From Basidiobolus meristosporus CBS 931.73 (Eukaryota; Fungi; Basidiobolomycota): DNA of 64,000 nucleotides. The position numbers and the translations under genes were made by a program. The stretch is from positions 91,027 to 155,026 of the forward strand of contig MCFE01000144.1 of assembly GCA_002104905.1 (NCBI GenBank), written 5' to 3'. The notes under the pieces are model-generated. The model had not been told where the DNA came from. It searched no databases and saw only the letters and a list, made by a program, of their open reading frames with translations. Positions within the stretch are counted from its first letter, which is position 1. Each line of letters starts with the position of its first letter. Below, one piece after another: positions 62,801-64,000 of the stretch.

Positions 62801-63860
62801 TAGCAATTACATAGAGCATGTTTGGCCAGAACTCCCATTGGATGCAATCTGGCAGTATATATGACAAATGACATAAAGTCTCCTAGAGATGTTCTCTCAG
62901 CTTGGTACTAAAGTAAACTACTTTGTTGTCACATCATAGACTCCAAAACACCTATATACTCACAGACATATGACATATCAGAGGTATAAAGATTATAAGC
63001 TCAGTGCTCTGCTACATGTATTGCCAAGATGTAGTGTTTATGGCCAAAATACAATTAGTGTGCAAAAAACTGATCTTCAACAGAGGGATAGCTACCAAAG
63101 GTGCATAAGGAGCACTTTTGTTGGCCTGGTCATCATATAAATGTGCACCTACAACTTCAGAGCTGATGCTATCCATGAGAAATGCACACATGATAGAAAC
63201 TGCAAGATTTCTTTGCACTATTACTACAGGGAGGTAATATATGGATGATATTAAGCAGCTAAATAGGTGTATACCTTTAATGCACTGTTGCATTTACTTC
63301 TTTCAATAGTTGTGTCCATACATAACATCAAAGGATATAATCATAATATAATAATATTGCTCTATAAGTAGCTTACAACATGGTAGTGCAAGATTAAGCA
63401 ACTCTACAGACAAAATAAGTCAGTGTTGCATTTAAGTGAAAAGTGTAATAAGACTCTTAAATGGTTTAACAGAACCTGAGTGACAACTAAGTGCAGAATC
63501 TTAGAATTGTCAGAAAGTGGTGGAAATATCAGCAGAGAGGTTCTGATCTGATATTGGTCTTGTATAAAGTTGGGTTTGGCTATAAAGGCAACAGAATTGG
63601 TTTGCTATGCAGGCTAGGTTTGGTGTTTTTGGGAGTGCTTGATATGCTAGGCTTGGGTAGAAACTAGAACAGAATTGCTGAATTCTTGATTTGCTGAGAC
63701 ACATTGTTAATTTTGTTGAGACACACACTAAACCAAAAGGCTCAGTAAGCTTTGCTTCTACTTTTCTGATCAAGTTGTATTAGTGAGTGCCAAGAGACTA
63801 GACTAATTGAAATCAGCTTAGATGTTGATAGGCACATAAGATAAATGAAAATTGCATCAT
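59830..63860 (-). mobile_element. CpG-depleted transposon debris including a minus-strand CACTA relic (~61400-63780)
   Basis: One CpG seen in ~4 kb. Minus-strand pieces SSIYYLPVVI and GAHLYD recall CACTA TNP2. 61650-61745 (-) encodes ASIAMVSTWDPDGRYGLDPPAGPNYF, homologous to 2000-2090 (+). The 59830-61400 part is unclassified. Confidence 0.6.
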
Positions 63861-64000
63861 TGATCAGCCGGTGTCTTAGTAACTACTAAGTAGTTAGATA
63901 GATCTCAGATGACTAATCACTTGGAACGGCTTAGTAGATCAATTGAGGACATAATGACCACGTGAAAATTGCTCAGGTGTGACAGCTAAAAACAGATTCT

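Noticed and set aside
63781-63785. TAGTG as the CACTA terminus
   Set aside because: Too close to the transposase fragments and no matching TIR was found; a 5-mer is expected by chance.
63875-63892. CTTAGT-AACT-ACTAAG hairpin as a Helitron end
   Set aside because: Six-bp AT-rich stem with no Rep/helicase fragments recognised.

Overview
Eukaryotic DNA from a fungus with short GT..CTAAC..AG introns. The gene set and LINE type suggest an early-diverging, zygomycete-like fungus such as Basidiobolus; this is inference only. The window has five blocks. (1) 1-~10,200: CpG-depleted transposon graveyard with a CACTA transposase relic, a complete but decayed Ty1/Copia element (2162-6806, TSD ATATC) and a Copia deletion derivative. 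(2) ~10,400-45,000: CpG-normal gene island with a DUF2235/Tle1-like hydrolase, a Cys-rich secreted protein, THI4, NSA1/WDR74, CDK1 (PTTAIRE), a C2H2 factor, an MscS-like channel, GCN1, RIM2, endosulfine, POB3, a tail-anchored orphan, CDC16 and a histidine acid phosphatase. (3) ~45,400-51,230: second CpG desert with LTR relics and a nearly intact APE-RT LINE. The LINE has no CpG at all, its ORF1 and ORF2 are in frame across a single UGA-CUA with no ORF2 ATG, and it has a telomere-like 3' tail. (4) ~51,230-59,830: tandem birth-and-death cluster of three small orphan secreted protein families that pair acidic spacers with Arg/Lys/Tyr-rich cationic segments (4 intact genes, about 7 relics). (5) ~59,830-64,000: third CpG desert with a minus-strand CACTA relic. 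The strongest novelty candidates are the secreted cluster and the CpG-free LINE. All calls were made by eye with no database searches, and spliced gene coordinates are outer bounds.
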